Source: an uncultured bacterium (lineage in GTDB: Bacteria; Verrucomicrobiota; Verrucomicrobiia; Limisphaerales; UBA8199). Taken from it: a DNA stretch of 64,000 nucleotides. The notes beneath the pieces are model-generated. The model was not told the origin of the DNA, searched no databases, and saw only the letters and a program-made list of their open reading frames with translations. Made by a program: the position numbers and the translations under genes. The stretch is from assembly GCA_963749495.1 (NCBI GenBank), contig CAVVMW010000004.1:704001-768000 (forward strand), written 5' to 3'. Below are positions 61,604-64,000 of the stretch, piece by piece. The stretch's first letter is position 1, and each line of letters opens with the position of its first letter.

Positions 61604-61831
61604 GTCCGATACATAATATAGGCTATCGGACATGTCAAGCCCCGAATCGCATTTTTTTTGCATTTTTTTTGTAACCGGCAGAAGGGCGAAATGGCGTTTG
61701 GCAAACCCCACTTTTAGTGGCTTCTGCTTCGCCAGAGAAGCGGCGCTCAGTAGATGGCTTGCAGCCGCGCAGGAGGCCGCTTTCGAGAGGCCAGGGCGGT
61801 TAAACAACTACATTTTTATGCAACTGAGGGG

Positions 61832-61939
61832 TTTAGCATCGCAGGCGCCGCACACTTCCTCGTCGGCGACGGCGGATAGAGGCAGGCACAAGGCGAATGC
61901 CGGCACGCCGGCGGCGAGTAGATTGAGAATGGGGCGCAT
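61832..61939 (-). pseudogene. Signal-peptide N-terminus of a secreted protein truncated by the IS
   Basis: MRPILNLLAAGVPAFALCLPLSAVADEEVCGACDAK starts 7 nt after the upstream stop and ends at the IR. Confidence 0.6.
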
Positions 61940-61946
61940 ACGCGGG

Positions 61947-64000
61947 TTATTGGGGCTCGACTTGATAGGTGTGATTTGCGAGGGCGGCGAAGACCAGGCA
62001 TTCGCTGTTGCGCTGGTCAAGTTGGACAGCCACCGGTTGGGTCCGGCCGACTTCGTGGACGACCACCGGCCGGCCCGGCCATGGATTCATCAACTGGCAC
62101 GGGAGGTCGCGCCGCGCCTGGATTTCCACGTGATAGACGCGCTGGGCGTCTTTGCAGGCCGAAACCAGAAAGGCGCCGCGGGCCTGGAAGTTGCGGAAGG
62201 CCACTTCGGCCGAGGGCGCCACCGCCGGAAACAGGTAGATGCGTCCGCTGCGGCTGTTGAGCAGCGTTTCCGCATCGTCGCCACTCCGGCTGCGCCGGCT
62301 GCCCTCGGGTGCCGGGGGCACGCCCAGGAGCAACAAGGTGGCGGCCGTCGTCCCGGAAGGCAAGACCTGGACCGTGCGAATCATCATGTCCTGTTGCTCC
62401 TTCGGAGAGTCCAGGTTGATTTCATCGGCGAGGAGCGTGGGATACGCGGCGGCATCACCAAAATGGTCGCGAGGAAGGTGCCGCGGCTCGACCCCGGGCA
62501 TGCCGGCGAAGATGACGCCCTCGGGTCTTTGCCAGGTGGGATTGGGCGCCATGCGGGCGGCCACTTCACGCCATTGCCGGCGCAAGTCGGCGTCCACACC
62601 CAGCAATTCCGCCGCGTCGGCCGCTTTGGTCAGACCCCAGCGCAACAGGCAAAGCGAGCTGATGACGTCCTTGTTGCGGGAGAACTCCGGATAGATGCCC
62701 CAGCGCTCTTCCTCCATGGACGGGATGACATGGCAGTAGCCGTCGGCGCCCTTTTTGGCGTAGGCCGCATAGAAGAGGGCCATTTCGCGCATCAACGGAT
62801 AGCACTCCTGGCGCAGGAAATTGGTGTTGCCGCCGTAATCCCACTCATCCCAGACCGGGCGCAGAATCTCGGCCATGGTGCCCAGACAGAGTTCGAGGGT
62901 GATGCAGGTATGGACATATTTGTCCGGCTTGACGGGTGGCAGATACCCATGCGTGATCAGCATGCCGGGCATGCCAAACATCTCGCGCGCATTTTGCTTT
63001 GCCCCCGGCAGCCAGTAGGTCACGAGCAGTTTCCACATATCCTGGCTGTCGCCCCAGTTTCGGACGAAGCGGGCGGTGGGGAAGATTTCGTTGTAGCACG
63101 GAGCGCTGTCAAACTCTTGGAAATCGCGCTCCGGCAGGGCGTACGAAGCGCTGCACTCAAGCTGTCGCATGTCGGTTTTGGTGCCGCCGCCATGGCTGTC
63201 CGTCCAGCTCTGCTGGTAGATGGCGCGGAGGTTGTCGGTGCACTGGGTGCCGGCAAGGCCGCGAAACACGCGGCCATTTTCACGCAGGTCGTAGAAGGCG
63301 TTCCACCAGCGGGTGTTTTCCCGGGCCAGGCCCTCGAAGCCGCTGGCCTCGGCTTGCGCCAAGCGCTTTTTCGCCAACGCGATCAAGTCCGGCCCATCCA
63401 TCGTCGTGACAATGGTGACGAAGGCCTCGAGCCTTCCATCGGTCGCCGGCGTGAAGCTCGCTGTGGCGGCGGCGCCCGGCGCCTCCGCGATGGGCGGTCT
63501 GGGGGCGCCAAACCAATCCCAAGGCATGGGTGGGTTTGGCGGCGGAGTGCCCAGGCCGGTCTGGCCTTCCACGGCTTCCAGCTTCACGGCGCCCGCGCCC
63601 GCCACCACCCCCATCAGCACGTACTCGAAGCCTTGCGGGAAGGTCTTTTCGGCCGGCATCTTTTGGCGAATCCAGAAGTATCGCCCATCCTTGCCGCTGG
63701 TGGGAGGCTCCATGGGACCGTTAAAGGCACGGTCGCCTTCGGCTTCCGGTCTGGTGTAGCGCTTGCCATCGGCCGTCATGTAATCCAGATGGGTGGTGTC
63801 ACGGTGCCGATAGAGGCGGAGCCAGACAGGCGCGCTGATGCCGGTAAAGGCGCCCCGGATGGCATACGTGTCCTGGGTCATGCCGAGCACGTATTCCAGA
63901 CTGGCCTTTGCACTGCCATTGGTGACCTGCAGACGGGTGACTCCGTTGGCGCAACTCTGGGTCAGGCGGGGCGCGCTGGCTTCGGCCAAGGGACCAATGC
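61947..64000 (-). CDS. Glycoside hydrolase with (alpha/alpha)6 barrel, GH95/GH65-like (5' end outside window)
   Basis: WDEWDY..FLRQECYPLMRE.A.FY, ETLLNSRSGRIYLFPAV, FRNFQARGAFLVSA. Confidence 0.72.
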   Translation of the reverse strand, partial: IGPLAEASAPRLTQSCANGVTRLQVTNGSAKASLEYVLGMTQDTYAIRGAFTGISAPVWLRLYRHRDTTHLDYMTADGKRYTRPEAEGDRAFNGPMEPPTSGKDGRYFWIRQKMPAEKTFPQGFEYVLMGVVAGAGAVKLEAVEGQTGLGTPPPNPPMPWDWFGAPRPPIAEAPGAAATASFTPATDGRLEAFVTIVTTMDGPDLIALAKKRLAQAEASGFEGLARENTRWWNAFYDLRENGRVFRGLAGTQCTDNLRAIYQQSWTDSHGGGTKTDMRQLECSASYALPERDFQEFDSAPCYNEIFPTARFVRNWGDSQDMWKLLVTYWLPGAKQNAREMFGMPGMLITHGYLPPVKPDKYVHTCITLELCLGTMAEILRPVWDEWDYGGNTNFLRQECYPLMREMALFYAAYAKKGADGYCHVIPSMEEERWGIYPEFSRNKDVISSLCLLRWGLTKAADAAELLGVDADLRRQWREVAARMAPNPTWQRPEGVIFAGMPGVEPRHLPRDHFGDAAAYPTLLADEINLDSPKEQQDMMIRTVQVLPSGTTAATLLLLGVPPAPEGSRRSRSGDDAETLLNSRSGRIYLFPAVAPSAEVAFRNFQARGAFLVSACKDAQRVYHVEIQARRDLPCQLMNPWPGRPVVVHEVGRTQPVAVQLDQRNSECLVFAALANHTYQVEPQ

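Larger units (their letters stand above)
59550..61831 (-). mobile_element. IS1380-family insertion sequence with DUF6788-like gene
   Basis: IRs CCCTAACGTTGCATAAAAATG / CCCCTCAGTTGCATAAAAATG; no matching target duplication. Confidence 0.85.

Overview
This is a GC-rich bacterial window. Its gene content (prepilin/H-X9-DG proteins, FYR-terminated secreted proteins, nuoF/nuoG style) suggests a Verrucomicrobiota (Pedosphaera/Limisphaera-like) genome; this is inference. Core genes are trpB2, DUF1015, a polyprenyl synthase-ECF sigma-putative anti-sigma cluster, tyrS, rpsA and a nuoB-N complex I operon without nuoA. Accessory DNA falls in four places. (i) A ~9.6-kb transposase-less element between tyrS and rpsA has terminal inverted repeats, TTA flanks, three copies of a 55-bp repeat ending in an IS91 oriIS-like motif, and secreted-protein cargo. 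(ii) A mosaic of defence and toxin-antitoxin fragments lies between rpsA and nuoB. (iii) TA-like cassettes, chimeric genes, an IS and an antisense tRNA-Gln are intercalated between nuo genes. (iv) An IS-rich right arm includes an IS1380 transposase knocked out twice by the same 20-bp perfect palindrome. Two unrelated IS elements both carry a DUF6788-like gene with a palindromic operator. Several single-base frameshifts sit in homopolymer runs, including in nuoF and nuoN, and are most likely long-read consensus errors. All family assignments come from recognising motifs by eye; no searches were run.
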